A DNA stretch of 64,000 nucleotides from Phoronis australis (lineage: Eukaryota; Animalia; Phoronida): positions 150,646-214,645 of the forward strand of contig NMRA01000519.1 of the NCBI GenBank assembly GCA_002633005.1, in the 5' to 3' direction. Both the position numbers and the translations under genes were made by a program. The notes beneath the pieces were generated by a model. It searched no databases. It was not told the DNA's origin and saw nothing but the letters and a program-made list of their open reading frames with translations. Shown here piece by piece: positions 52,640 to 64,000 of this stretch. The first letter of the stretch is position 1; each line of letters begins with the position of its first letter.

Positions 52640-55600
52640 TCAGAATATTGGTATATAGCTGTCGATCTTAGCCCTATGCCTCTGGGAAACACACTCACTA
52701 ATCCATATAATGTTTCGACATTCTTGTTCTTTTAGCTTTACATAAGCATAGAAGACGCCATATTGGAACTGCTGCATGAAAGCATTGACCATCAATTTCA
52801 CCTGGAAAACAATTATATAGAAATAATAAAGAACTGGGAGAGAACAGACGTCTGCTAAGGCATCACTGTTGTCATTCAGTACCAAATTCCAGCAATGTTG
52901 GAATTTTCAAGTCTCACTAACAGCCCCCAAGGTGGAATAATGAACGGTGTCTCAGATTCCAGTAATCCAGTAACAGGAACTCAAAACACTGATTGAAGAA
53001 CTGTTCATTATCCAAGGCTCGTGACTATTGGTTAGATGATCACATTCACATAAAACACAATCTTGCAAAAATAAGATGTTCCACAAAGTATACTAAACCC
53101 TGTGTTGGTCCTGTCATCTGCAAATGCACAATTCATACCTCCCGCATGTCCCGTGAGAAGTAAAAATATTATTCAACTATGACGATTCGCCACCATGTTG
53201 CTAAGTGGATCCTCTAGTTCAGTGTTAACGTCTTTCCCCACAGCTGCAGCTGCTTGCAGATTTAGCAAACTTCCTACCAAGTATTCAAACTTGTTTCGAA
53301 CTTTGGATGGTTGACAACGGTAAAGGAGCATCCTTTTGTTTCAAATATTTAAGAGACCAAAATCGTAATTTATATCTGCTGATAGGCTAATGTTGGGTTT
53401 AGTATCTTTCTGAAGCATCATCAGTAAGTATACTAGGACAACCACCTTATACAGCCAAACACATCATCAAACTAAGGAACTGTAAAACAGTATGAACCAC
53501 ACAGTGAGTCGGTCAATTTAAGCAGCAGTGTTGATGCAACAGTTTAAAAAGTATTGTACCTCTTGGTCAGCAATAACTCTTTAGGAAGGTCTCATTAGAG
53601 AAGGAAGGTCTCATTAGAGAAGGAAGGTCTCATTAGAGTTCATTTACATATTAAGTAAGAAAAATGAGGAATTGATGCACAGCCAAAAGTAGACGTAGGC
53701 CTCACCTTACATGCGACTCATGAATAAGGAAAAGAAAGTTAGGTAACTGTTGAGTTGAGGAGACAACAAACATCTCTTGTTACTTAAAAGTACTGGAATG
53801 CTATTGGTTATGGTCCAAGTTGTGAAAGTTAGAATATTGAACTAGAATACTGTTTTCTACATGCTGTATGAAACGATGGATGAATTTAATTTCATGTTGT
53901 ATTTGCCACTTTATGAAAACCTACAGAAAATTTATTTCCATGCAATAGTCAAAACATTATATGGATTTTGAGGTGAAAGATGTTTCTGAGAAAATAAAGA
54001 CACAAAATGGATGTGAGACAACCAAGTCTTCTGGTTGTTTCATGCAATGTGTTATCTTTGGAGGCAGTATTGTTTGAAGATGTATACACATTGTGTAGAA
54101 TTATAGCTCTTATATTTAAAGTGGTTCATACCTCCATGAATGGGCCTAGTGCACTCGCACAAGTCATTGTCACGAAGACTTTTGATCAATCTTTCGATAA
54201 AGGCAACATCAGACAGAAGTTGCAAAAAATGTCTAAATGTATTTAAGCTATTTGGATGAAGAAGGACATTCACAGCTAAAATTTGACTTCACTAGGTGAT
54301 CCATTTATTGAGAGAAAAGGGAATTTTACATAATGCATGTGCCAGTGGCAATGTCATCATTTACAAGCTTGCTATTTTGATGTAACTAGATGACAGTTTT
54401 ATCATTTTTGGAGTTTTTAAATTCCTCAAAACTGACCATTCAATGGCTAGTGAACCTGGGAGCATCACCAAAAGTCATTTGCCAATTTCCACCTTATGAC
54501 AAAAAATCCTTCGGAGTTTGTCAGAAACTTTACGTTAGTGAAACCAGTGATTGACTAACTGACTGACGGTTGCAACGAGAAGCAAAAACAAGTATCACAT
54601 GACAGAGATAATAAATTAGTTATAAATTCTAATGACAGGATCTAATACCCAACATTTCCAGAAAGTCATTAAGAATTAATGTTTATAAGCTGGCAGCATT
54701 AATTAACCAACATGTTCACCAGCAGAGAATACACATGATACACATTGAAGCAATGTTTTTATTATATTACTAATTAGTATATATTACACAAAGGCTTGTG
54801 TACTTTAACTACACAATGCACACTGTTGAGTCAGTGTAATAATAAGAAAAGTAACGCAGATTGTTGAGATACGCCCATGACTGCAACGCAAATGGGCGTG
54901 TTACTACGGGCATTTATTACTATCAAAAAATGACTGTTGGATGGTGTAAAATACGTCGAATGCATCCGAAAATGGGAAGGAGTCGTCTCTTGAATAGAAA
55001 GCCGTTTGCTAAATTTCATGAAAATCAGTCACAGATTACAAATAAAGCAAACGTGAAAAAAACAAATTGAACATTAGGAGGCTAAGTGGTAGTCCAACCA
55101 TCTGTTGTTCAATAGTCAAAGCAGTTGCGCCCACCTGGAAATCCAGGTTACTAGTAGTGTTCTTGTCAGTAAAAATACATCTGCCAATTTTCATAATGAT
55201 CCTCTGAGTGGTTTGGCGAATGCTAAGGTAAACGACCCAAAAATAATAAAAATGCCCACTAAGTGGCACACAATACGTGAAATCCATCCCAAAATGAAAA
55301 GCTGCTATCACCATCATACCCGAAACTTGTCTGCCAAATTTCATTAAAAACTGCTAAAGAATTTTAAGATACAGAGGCAAACATAAAAACTAAAATTGCA
55401 AATTGGGGGTACAGTGAGAGTCAGAACTGTCCAAAAGATGTAGGCAGTTGTAGTCACATTTATAGTTATAACACTTGCAAAATTTCACAAAGATCCTTCA
55501 AGGGAGTAAAACTACAAAATTACCACCAGGGAGCACCAGTTTGACAGACCTGTCCAAAAATCACCATCAGACACAGTCTCCTCATCAAGAAAACATCTGC

Positions 55601-58600
55601 ATAAACTAATGATCCTTTAGTAGGCGGTTAGGTGGATAAAGAAATGGGTACCAAAAGGCGAACTTCCGGGTAGGTGGTGCAAAAATTCATTGAATCCATA
55701 CAAAAATGGAAGAGCATCGACTTCATAGAAAACTGTTTGCAAATTTCATGAAAATCCATAGATGAACTCTGAAGATACAGATGAGGCAAACATAAAAAAT
55801 AAAATTGTCACTAGGGGGCACAGTGGTAGTCGGATTGGTCATAAACTGTTGTTAGCTCCACAGAAACATATCTGCTAAACTTCACAAAGGTCCTGCAAAA
55901 GGTTAAGATACAGCCATAGATGCAAGAAAAAATGCCACTAGGGTACGTCAAAGTAGTCAAACCCATTTGAAAGTCAACCTAAGCAACGGCCTTGTAATCA
56001 ATAACACATGTGCCAAATCTTCACAATGATCCTTCAACCATTAAGGCAGACAGAGAGGAGGCCACCAAAAGCGTATTCGAAACTTTTAAAACTCCCCACT
56101 AGGCTGCACAAAATACGTCGAACATGTCAGAAAATGAGAAGGCATTGTCGTCTCATCAATATAAACGTATTTGCAGAATTTCATGAAAATCTCCCAATGA
56201 ATGAACAGGAAAGCACAAAAAATTACTACACTAGTCATCACACTGGTCTGAAACTCATTAACATCATCTGTTGTCAGCTCCATAGGAACACATAGGCCAA
56301 AGTTCTTGTTAAGGAGGTGCAGCTGTGGGCGCAACAAAAAACAAAATCTCACTTGGAGGTGCCAGAGTAGTCAAACAATGTCAGCTGAAGTTTCCTCATC
56401 AGAGACAGACTTGCCAAATTTCAGAATGATCTTTCAAGCGATTGGGCAGAGAGAACTAAGGCAGATGACAAAAATGAACTCGAAAACTTTAAAAACGGCC
56501 ACTAGCAGGCACAGAATTGTCGAAGCTGTCCAAAAATGGAAATGTGTCATCATCTCCTCAATACAACAACTTGCCAAATTTCATTAAAACCTATCAAAGA
56601 ATTCAATACAGAAGTAACCATAAAACAAAATTGCCACTTAGATTCAGTAAAAAAATTTGTAATCACCTGTCACCAGCTTCATAAAAAATCTTCTAAATAT
56701 CAAGGGTTTTAGGAGATACAGCAGTGGATGTCAGATACAGAGACGACAGCAATATGCACCCGCATACATGTATAAATATGTGGGCGCATAAAAATGCCAA
56801 AACACAAAACAGGGCTGCGTTCCATAGACCCGAAACATGAAAACGTTAAGCCTTGGCTGATAGAACGAAAACGGTGAATTGCATCCCACAATTCAACATC
56901 CCAATGTCACCAACCAATCACCTTCAGTGGCAGTTATTTTGCTATGATACCACTTGCAGGGCTACCAACCCATTAAGGATATAATCTGTAATCATCATGT
57001 TTACTTAAAAATTCATATTTTGCAAGCAATAAACTCTGTGATTTCCAACATTTTCAATAACTTTAAATTTCAATCGCAAAACCATTCGATACACCAAAAC
57101 AACACATTTCAACTGAATTCAACTAAAAATGCAACGTTACATATTAAAAACTCAGCTTGTCACTGTCAATGTTTTTCGGTTTTTGCTGTAAGCACGGTTG
57201 ATTTCTTCCCACACAACCACGGCCTCACAGACACAGATATCTCATAATTCCCAATTAATGTCAGTGTTGCGGAGTTCTCAATGTTAAAGTGTGTGCGATG
57301 GAACGTGGTTACTTACTTTTCCATTTTCTAAATGTAATCTAATTCCTCGGTATACTTGTCTCCAAAATTTTGCTCTCATTATCTTAATATGATTTCCAAA
57401 GCATACAATATCCCGCAACAAATTAAGCGCATTTTTCACAGGTCAGTCCTCCACGAAGAAACTGCAAATGACCAATCACAAAAGGGAAACATTGCAACCA
57501 ATCGCATTATGCACTCAGTACTTCGGATACGTCTTAATGAGAGGATGCTGTGATCTCGATTACTTCCGTCACTTTCCGGTAATTTGTGCCTCGATCTTTG
57601 CCAATCTGGCACTTTGAAACACTGATAATTTTACAGATGGTTTTTACTTACAATTTTTTGATGAGAAAGAAATGCTCAAAATCCACAACATTTGAAAATT
57701 CGTACATAGTGATAATTAGTTTCTAAAGTGCATATAGATAAACCCGAACACTTGGTAGTCCTTTTACTAGCATGGTACATGAACACACTCACAACACTTG
57801 GTAGTCCTGTACTAGTATGGTACATGAACACACTCACAACACTTGGTAGTCCTGTACTAGTATGGTACGTGAACACACTCACAACACTTGGTAGTCCTGT
57901 ACTAGTATGGTACATTAACATACTCACAACACTCACTTTACACTTGGTTGATTTTGCACATTTTTTATGATCTTGCTTTACGCCTACAGAACACACCCCA
58001 AATTAAATAACAAACGTGTAAATGATAAAGTTAACTTAGAATGATACACTACCTCATGTTCAAAGAACTTGTCTTCTAGTGTTTTGTCACCTGGGTTGGT
58101 TCCAGCACCCTCGAATAATAACTTGTACTCCTGAAAATGATAGGCACGAGAGATAAAGACACGTGGTGTTGACAACAAAAATCATATGCTGCACATTACA
58201 AGTGTGTGTCATTATTTCCCTTTAACTAGTTGAGTAATTCCTCCTTGCAAGCAAGTGAAATTCTATTTAATCAAAATTAAAAAAAAAAAAAAAAATCACA
58301 ACAATAATAAAGAAGAAAATGTTAGTCTACTATTAGTTTGTACAATGTAACCTCGACACAACATTATTTGAAACACGACAATCAGACTACCAAAAACAGA
58401 AGAAAAATAACAATTTTAGCTGTTATACTTGTGCAAAATAAGTAAAGTTATCGTAAACCAATAGCTAACCTTGAGAAATAAATCTTCACGTGCGAAACAA
58501 GAGCAAAACAACAGATTCATTAGACAATCATGCACTCACTTAACATTCGTACACATGTACTTTACACTATGAAAGATCTCCAGATGGTAGTGTTCTGGTG

Positions 58601-61600
58601 TTAGAAAATTGGTTTAGTTGGGAACAGGCAGTTTGGTTCAGAGAACCAGCCATCTTTCAAGCATATGTTGAACAGTTTTTAACAAAGTAGAATCAAACCA
58701 CAAAGTCTTTATCAAGACAATACAAGGGAGTGGTCTGTTAAAGACTTAGAAAGTTATAGTTCACAAGAACAGACCAACAAGGCAAGTGGATTATATGTAT
58801 GAAGTCTTATTTATTTCCTACTTCATGTAAACTTCATGAAGCACTTAAACGAGTAAACACTTAAAATGATGGTCCAAAAACCCGTAATATGTTTAGTCAT
58901 ATTGTGCTCATTTCATAAAAAGTGATTTAAGTGAGAAATTTGATTTTACGCCCCACACAACTATTTCTGAAAAATAATTAATTAAACCTGTCATGAGCAA
59001 AAGGGCAAAGCCTCAGAAAATAACTGCTACTTACTGAAATAATTACTCTAAGTTATTTCTAGAACTTAATGCACTCTCGATTGCTTGGCTAAATCTTATT
59101 TTCCAAAATTGCAAAGTGGAAGCGCAAGACCAAATCTCCATCTTAAGTCACTTTTATGTAACAGACCCTTAACAGCATGCATTACTGAGTTTACAAGCTG
59201 TATTAGTGTGGATTAATGTTGCTATGCATCCACAGAGGGCAGTAAGCTTCCAACGGTAGTTCTTGTTAAGTTTCCAAGACAAATTAGGGAAAATAACCGG
59301 ATTATTCTGATGTCCAGAGATGTCTTTAATTTTCCCGCCAGGTAGCATGGAAAGCAATGCCTTGCACACTGGATTAAGACAGGGATCACCCTCACTTCAA
59401 ATAATGGCATTGCGCCTCTGCTTGATCCAGACAGACTCGCTTAGGAAGGTCTTTTTGTCAGAATTTTATCAGTCAGCAGTCACATACCACACCACCAAGA
59501 AGAATCATCCATCATGATCAAAGACAAGGAACCTAAACTACACGGTTAACAGACTCATAAACACGGTCACGGACACGTGAACACGACTCAAGGACCTGCA
59601 AACACCGTCCACTGACTCACAAACACGGGAACGGACTCACAAAACACGATCCATTCACCCAAATACACGGGACACGGATTCACATTCACGAAGAAACACC
59701 GTTAATGGACCGCCAAACACGGTTTACGGACAAAATGTAGATGTCAGCTGACCCAGGAAGCTTATGAGTCCGTGACTCGTGTTTGGCAGTCCGTTAACCG
59801 CGTTTCCTCGTGAATATGAGTCCGTGTCCCATGTGTTTGGGTGAATGGATCGTGTTTTGTGAGTCCGTTCCTGTGTTTGTGAGTCAGTGGACAGTGTTTG
59901 CAGGTCACTGAGTCGTGTTCGTGCATCCGTGACCGTGTTTATGAGTCCGTTAACCGTGTAGTTTAGGTACCTTGACAGAGATGCCTTATGCCACGAAAAG
60001 ACAACAGGGTGGTCTCTGTCTCAGTCCAATAACCAACCCTTTATTTTTCACGCCACCTGGCAAGAAAACCAGCATCTGAGAGAACAATATCAACAACAGG
60101 ATATCGAAACAATCTGAGGTAATTTCGCATATTAGTAATTTCTTGTGGAAGATTATTAACATGAACCATACTTTTGATTACACTCTACCTTCCTAATGAA
60201 GTTGTTAACTGATCCTCCAAGGAGATTTGTGACTTTCGTGTAACAAAATACACAAATCAAGCTGGTGTACTTTAAGATCTAGTTGCATTGCACTTTCATG
60301 GCAATAAGGGCGTTAGACCACAGGCCACGTGATAGAGAAATAATCAATGCCTACAACATTAAGTAATCAGCACTTCTCATCATTTTGGACAGAATGAAAC
60401 ACTAAAATTTATAAATAGAACGACTAAATACAACAGAAAGGTAGGTGCATGCAGCAGACCCAATGTCAGGTATCCAATCCAATAAAAAAGCAGATCAAGA
60501 GTTTTTCACAACCGACGAAAGTTCCGAAAAAATGTTTAGTCACCCAAAAATTATATTAAAATAATTGACATCACATGTCTAAAATGAATGCGAACAGCTG
60601 CTATAGTCAAAACAAAAAGCTAATAAAACTAAATCATTTAGAGTGAGTGCTGACAATGGAATAGGCAATAGGAATAAGGACAAAACAAGTCCTACATAAA
60701 TTATAGACAAACTGAATCCATAAAGTTTAAATATTGAGGGCAGAACCTTTTCAGTTGTTGAACTTAACTAATATCGCCACAGACCTGAACATACCATGCT
60801 ACTTTCCTCAGCAGAAACACGTTCCCCTAACCTCAAATTAGCATCATCATACAACTTGGTGGTTAAAAAGACAGACGCTGCATAACCAGTGGGCAGAGAT
60901 GACGGCAAAATGCAGCCGCGCAGATGTGAGTAAAGAATGGAACTATGTCACTTGAAAGCAAAGGTGCTACAGTCATGTGATTTGGCAGCCATTGTAATCT
61001 CACTGAGTAGTCACTTGAATCGATGGGAACAATACAAAATGAAGAGACTCGACAGTCACGTGTTCCATCAACAGGCTAACGTTTTATTTTACTAACAACA
61101 TGTAAGCCTACAGGCAATAAATTTATGTCAAAATATTCCTAACATCAGAACACCATATCTCAGAAATGCCTGACCAGATTCATAAACAACATTCAGATAC
61201 TATGCTTTATGTACTTTTAGCAATTTTTGCTTTTAACAAGTTCTGGTTTTGAGGGGCTACAAAAAATTGTGCTCTTATAATTTCCATGAAAAAACTGTAA
61301 AGTTGTGCAAAACGAAAACGAAATATTTTAGGAAACTGTAACGTTATTTCTGAGATCTCATCTTGAACATGCATATAATTATGCTTTCATTTAGTTTTTA
61401 CAGAGTTAAAATCTACAGTTTTGGTATAATGTGCTAAATACACAGGCTTGTCAATAAGGTCCTACAAGTGAAATATTGTCTCCCCTGTCCAACTTACTGA
61501 ATAGTACTCAGCCACTGCTTTCACTTGCTCATAGTCATCTGCTCTTCCGAGGGCAGCCAGTCCATCTGGGTAGAGTTTTCCACAACGAGGGTACAACTTG

Positions 61601-61674
61601 ACGCGGTCATCCTTCGAAAGCTCCGTCCCAAAGGAGTTGATGGTAATGACAAACGCACGACGGTCAGCCTCGAA
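52640..61674 (-). CDS. ATP6V0D1: V-type proton ATPase subunit d (V0 d), last three coding exons; the gene continues upstream, probably beyond the window
   Basis: Exons: 61498-61674 ([59 protein letters not shown]), 58053-58130 ([26 protein letters not shown]), 52640-52801 (VKLMVNAF...[30 protein letters not shown]). All phase 0, GT-AG. Confidence 0.96.
53584..53638. repeat. 19-bp tandem repeat, 3 copies
   Basis: Unit ggaaggtctcattagagaa. Confidence 0.9.
54843..56793 (+). mobile_element. Helentron-associated (HINE/pearl-like) element, copy 2 (diverged)
   Basis: Start ...gtaacgcaga...gcaacgcaaatgg, repeated aaatttcatgaaaatc / gccactagg units, and end tataaatatgtgggcgcataaaa matching the end of copy 1 (tataaatatgtggtcgtataaaa). 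Confidence 0.55.
57748..57935. repeat. 45-bp tandem repeat, ~4 copies
   Basis: Unit acacttggtagtcctgtactagtatggtacatgaacacactcaca. It explains the repetitive ORFs at 57676-57996 and 57728-57970. Confidence 0.95.
59525..59974. mobile_element. 450-bp fold-back element with ~205-bp inverted arms
   Basis: Left arm caaggaacctaaactacacggttaac... and right arm ...gttaaccgtgtagtttaggtaccttg. The arms are built from acacg/gactca subrepeats around a ~40-bp spacer. Confidence 0.9.
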
Positions 61675-61733
61675 CTATGAATGGAAAACAGTGGTTCAAT
61701 GTGTTGATGAAACTATTATGCATCTCCACAGTT

Positions 61734-61978
61734 CATATTTAAGTTTGGTCTGCATGCCACCTGTTGGCCAGAACACGTGACCTAATAAACATAATTCGGA
61801 AGATTTCTGCCCCTACCGAGACTCGAACCTGGAACCAGGGACCTTCTGCTAAGCATGCAGACACTCTAGTCCACTGAGCCATCGGGCCCCAGTCAGGGCA
61901 GAAACCTTTAAAGAATTACCTGTTCATTAGGTTACAAAATATAGCCAACCATTGGCATTCAGACCAAACTTAAAAATG
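61734..61978. mobile_element. Fold-back element (~80-bp arms) enclosing a tRNA-like sequence
   Basis: Arms 61734-61812 and 61896-61978 are reverse complements with mismatches. Confidence 0.7.
61809..61887 (-). pseudogene. tRNA-derived sequence (tRNA pseudogene or SINE-head-like), not a canonical tRNA
   Basis: Minus strand gcccgatggctcagtggactagagtgtctgcatgcttagcagaaggtccctggttccaggttcgagtctcggtaggggc. It has an A-box (TGGCTCAGTGG), a B-box-like GGTTCGAGTCT and an anticodon-like stem TCTGC/GCAGA. The acceptor stem pairs at only 4 of 7 positions. Confidence 0.65.
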
Positions 61979-62696
61979 TTTGCAATCTATATTTCCATAC
62001 CGATTCAAGATTTACATGACTGTTCACATTAAAGTTACTGTAATTTTCAAAACAAACTACACACACTTCGACTGAACTTTGCCAGATTCTGCCAAACCTG
62101 GATAAAAATCTCGCGACAAAAGAGCAAACTTTTCTCAAGTTCAATGTGATAATATTGCACCTAAATGCTACTTGTTTTTTGTTTATGTAATGAAATTGCA
62201 CAGTTGTCGCAATTTTGACAACTTGGATAGAGCAAAACCTGTCAAGATTTTGTCCAGATTTGAAGCAGATTCTAGCAGAAAACAAATGGGCATTTAGACA
62301 CAACAGGATAGTGTTTGCCCAAACTTTGTAGAATTTCAAAGTTGTTCTATTTATTTTAAGAACTGCTGGAGCAATAGCTATGTTGGGTGACATTTTGGAT
62401 AGCGAGTGCAATTTTCAAGTGGTTTGATTGTTTTCTTATTATGGCACATTTACTGTTATTACTCCTTTGTGCCTACTCAGCTAACTGCTTTCTCGTATGT
62501 GATTTAAGAACATGATTGAGAATAAAATGACCAATGTTTTTTAAAACACAATATTATACTAAGTTTCGTCATCAGCACCCAACTAGAAATCTGTTTTAAC
62601 TCCTTCATGCTCTATAATAAGTTGGTTTTATTACCCCATTTTACCCCAAAACACTAGAGCCAAAGTGAGTTTATATCAGTTACTCTCCAGTCAGAT

Positions 62697-62847
62697 ACCG
62701 TACGGAAAAAAATGCATAAGTTGAATTTTCGCCAATAATTTCACCTAAGTTCTACACTCTGCCATTCAGATAAGTTGGATTCCCCCTCACTCAAAACGCA
62801 TAAAATTTCTCGATCTGGTTGGATCCAACTTATGCGCATGTTACTGT
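62697..62847. mobile_element. Possible small pogo/Tc1-like MITE
   Basis: ta|ccgta...gcataagttg and caacttatgc...tactg|ta form an imperfect inverted repeat with TA flanks. Confidence 0.35.
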
Positions 62848-63314
62848 ACATAGAACAGTAAAATATCACCAATTCAGGACACACTATGGTGGACAAGTGA
62901 ACATTTAATCATTTTTTCATGACAAGATATGCAGCACTTGATGCTTTTCCATGTTCAAGTTGTGTACCAGACAGTATTTTGAAAAAGTTGTGGGCATTAA
63001 CACTAATGTTAGAAGCCATTGAAAATGAAAAGTGGGCTATTTTGTAAGCACATTATTTTATGTGTTGCAGAAAAAATGGAGCATGCGTATATAAAGTTGA
63101 TGGATAAAACAAATTTCTGCAAGATACAAACTACTTATGAATCTTAAAGTTCTACAGATGACGCAGGTCATTCACTTTTCCAACATACAACACAAACAGA
63201 CAGGTAAACCTAATTATCAAAAGCATTAAAAGATCAATACGAACCATAAAATGTCACACTTGACAGATTAGTAATTTATAATACAGCGCTGTTTTGAAAG
63301 TGAGCCGTCAATTC

Positions 63315-63540
63315 CAAGGTACCTCAACTACATGGCTAATGGACAGCAAAACACAGTGTCGGACCAAAAACACAACTCACCTACCTGCAAACAGCATTCA
63401 ATGACTCAAATACGTTGGATCAGACTCACAAAAAAGATTCATTCACCCAAAAAACACAGCCACGGACTCGTATTCATTCAGATACACGAAACAAGGACTG
63501 TCCAACATAGTTTACAAGTAAAATGTACATGTCAGCTTCA
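63315..63540 (+). mobile_element. Degraded half-copy of the 59525-59974 fold-back family
   Basis: caaggtacctcaactacatggctaat...cattcacccaaa...aaaatgtacatgtcagct follows the left arm and spacer of the intact copy. Confidence 0.65.
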
Positions 63541-64000
63541 ACTGCTATGTAATGGGTGTCAGATTAAATAAAGGTTTGATCATATCTTTGTTTGTAAAGT
63601 GATAACATTTATTTACTTTAAACTCATAATTTGTTCTACAATTTATTGGCGTCCACCAATTCTCAATAATGACATTGAGAGTACTCAGAGTAGCGACTTC
63701 CGTTATCTTGCTTTCTTCTTAAAATGGAATGGATTGTTTGAACTCCCTAAAAACTCGCTGCATCGCCAATTTCACATATTGGATCTGTTCCAAGAAGGCG
63801 TTTTTCAACACCTCAAAATAGAATATAATTCCTGCGTAAAAGACTCAGGTAGTAGTGTCAGATCGACGCTCACCATTCTGATGTTGATAACTTGTTTACT
63901 ATTAAGTTAAAGTGCAGGAAAAACATTTGAAATGGGTTATAGCATGACTTGAAATATGTGTCTCCTGTGAAAGTTTAGCTCAAATTGTATTTTTGTACTA

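Noticed and set aside
203-61674. All four genes co-oriented on the minus strand (operon-like cluster)
   Set aside because: The functions are unrelated, the spacers are several kb long and RPL28 has its own polyA signal. Four co-oriented genes easily occur by chance.
61809-61887. Functional tRNA gene (apparent GCT anticodon)
   Set aside because: The acceptor and T stems are mismatched and the sequence is embedded in inverted arms, so it is treated as tRNA-derived.

Overview
This is AT-rich, intron-rich eukaryotic genomic DNA with scaffold gaps, probably from a marine invertebrate (the repeat landscape looks lophotrochozoan or mollusc-like; this is inference). Four spliced genes, all on the minus strand, were reconstructed by reading GT-AG boundaries and exon phases. 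(1) An unidentified single-pass membrane protein with a sushi/CCP-like exon; its 5' part is present twice, 4.4 kb apart. (2) A complete 15-exon NRF-6/acyltransferase-3 family gene of about 710 aa. (3) RPL28 (4 coding exons, 135 aa, spread over 16 kb). (4) The last three exons of V-ATPase subunit d (ATP6V0D). Introns and intergenic DNA hold many non-autonomous DNA transposons (Sola3-, Kolobok-, piggyBac-, Harbinger-, hAT-, P/Galileo- and Helentron-like) and minisatellites. Three near-identical direct repeats sit on N-gaps and are probably uncollapsed haplotypes. The most unusual items are a fold-back element whose loop is a tRNA-like Pol III cassette, an inverted pair of ~800-bp transposons bracketing a frame-shifting RPL28 exon, and CAG-ended elements with 5-6 bp target duplications. 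No database searches were run; family names come from recognised motifs.
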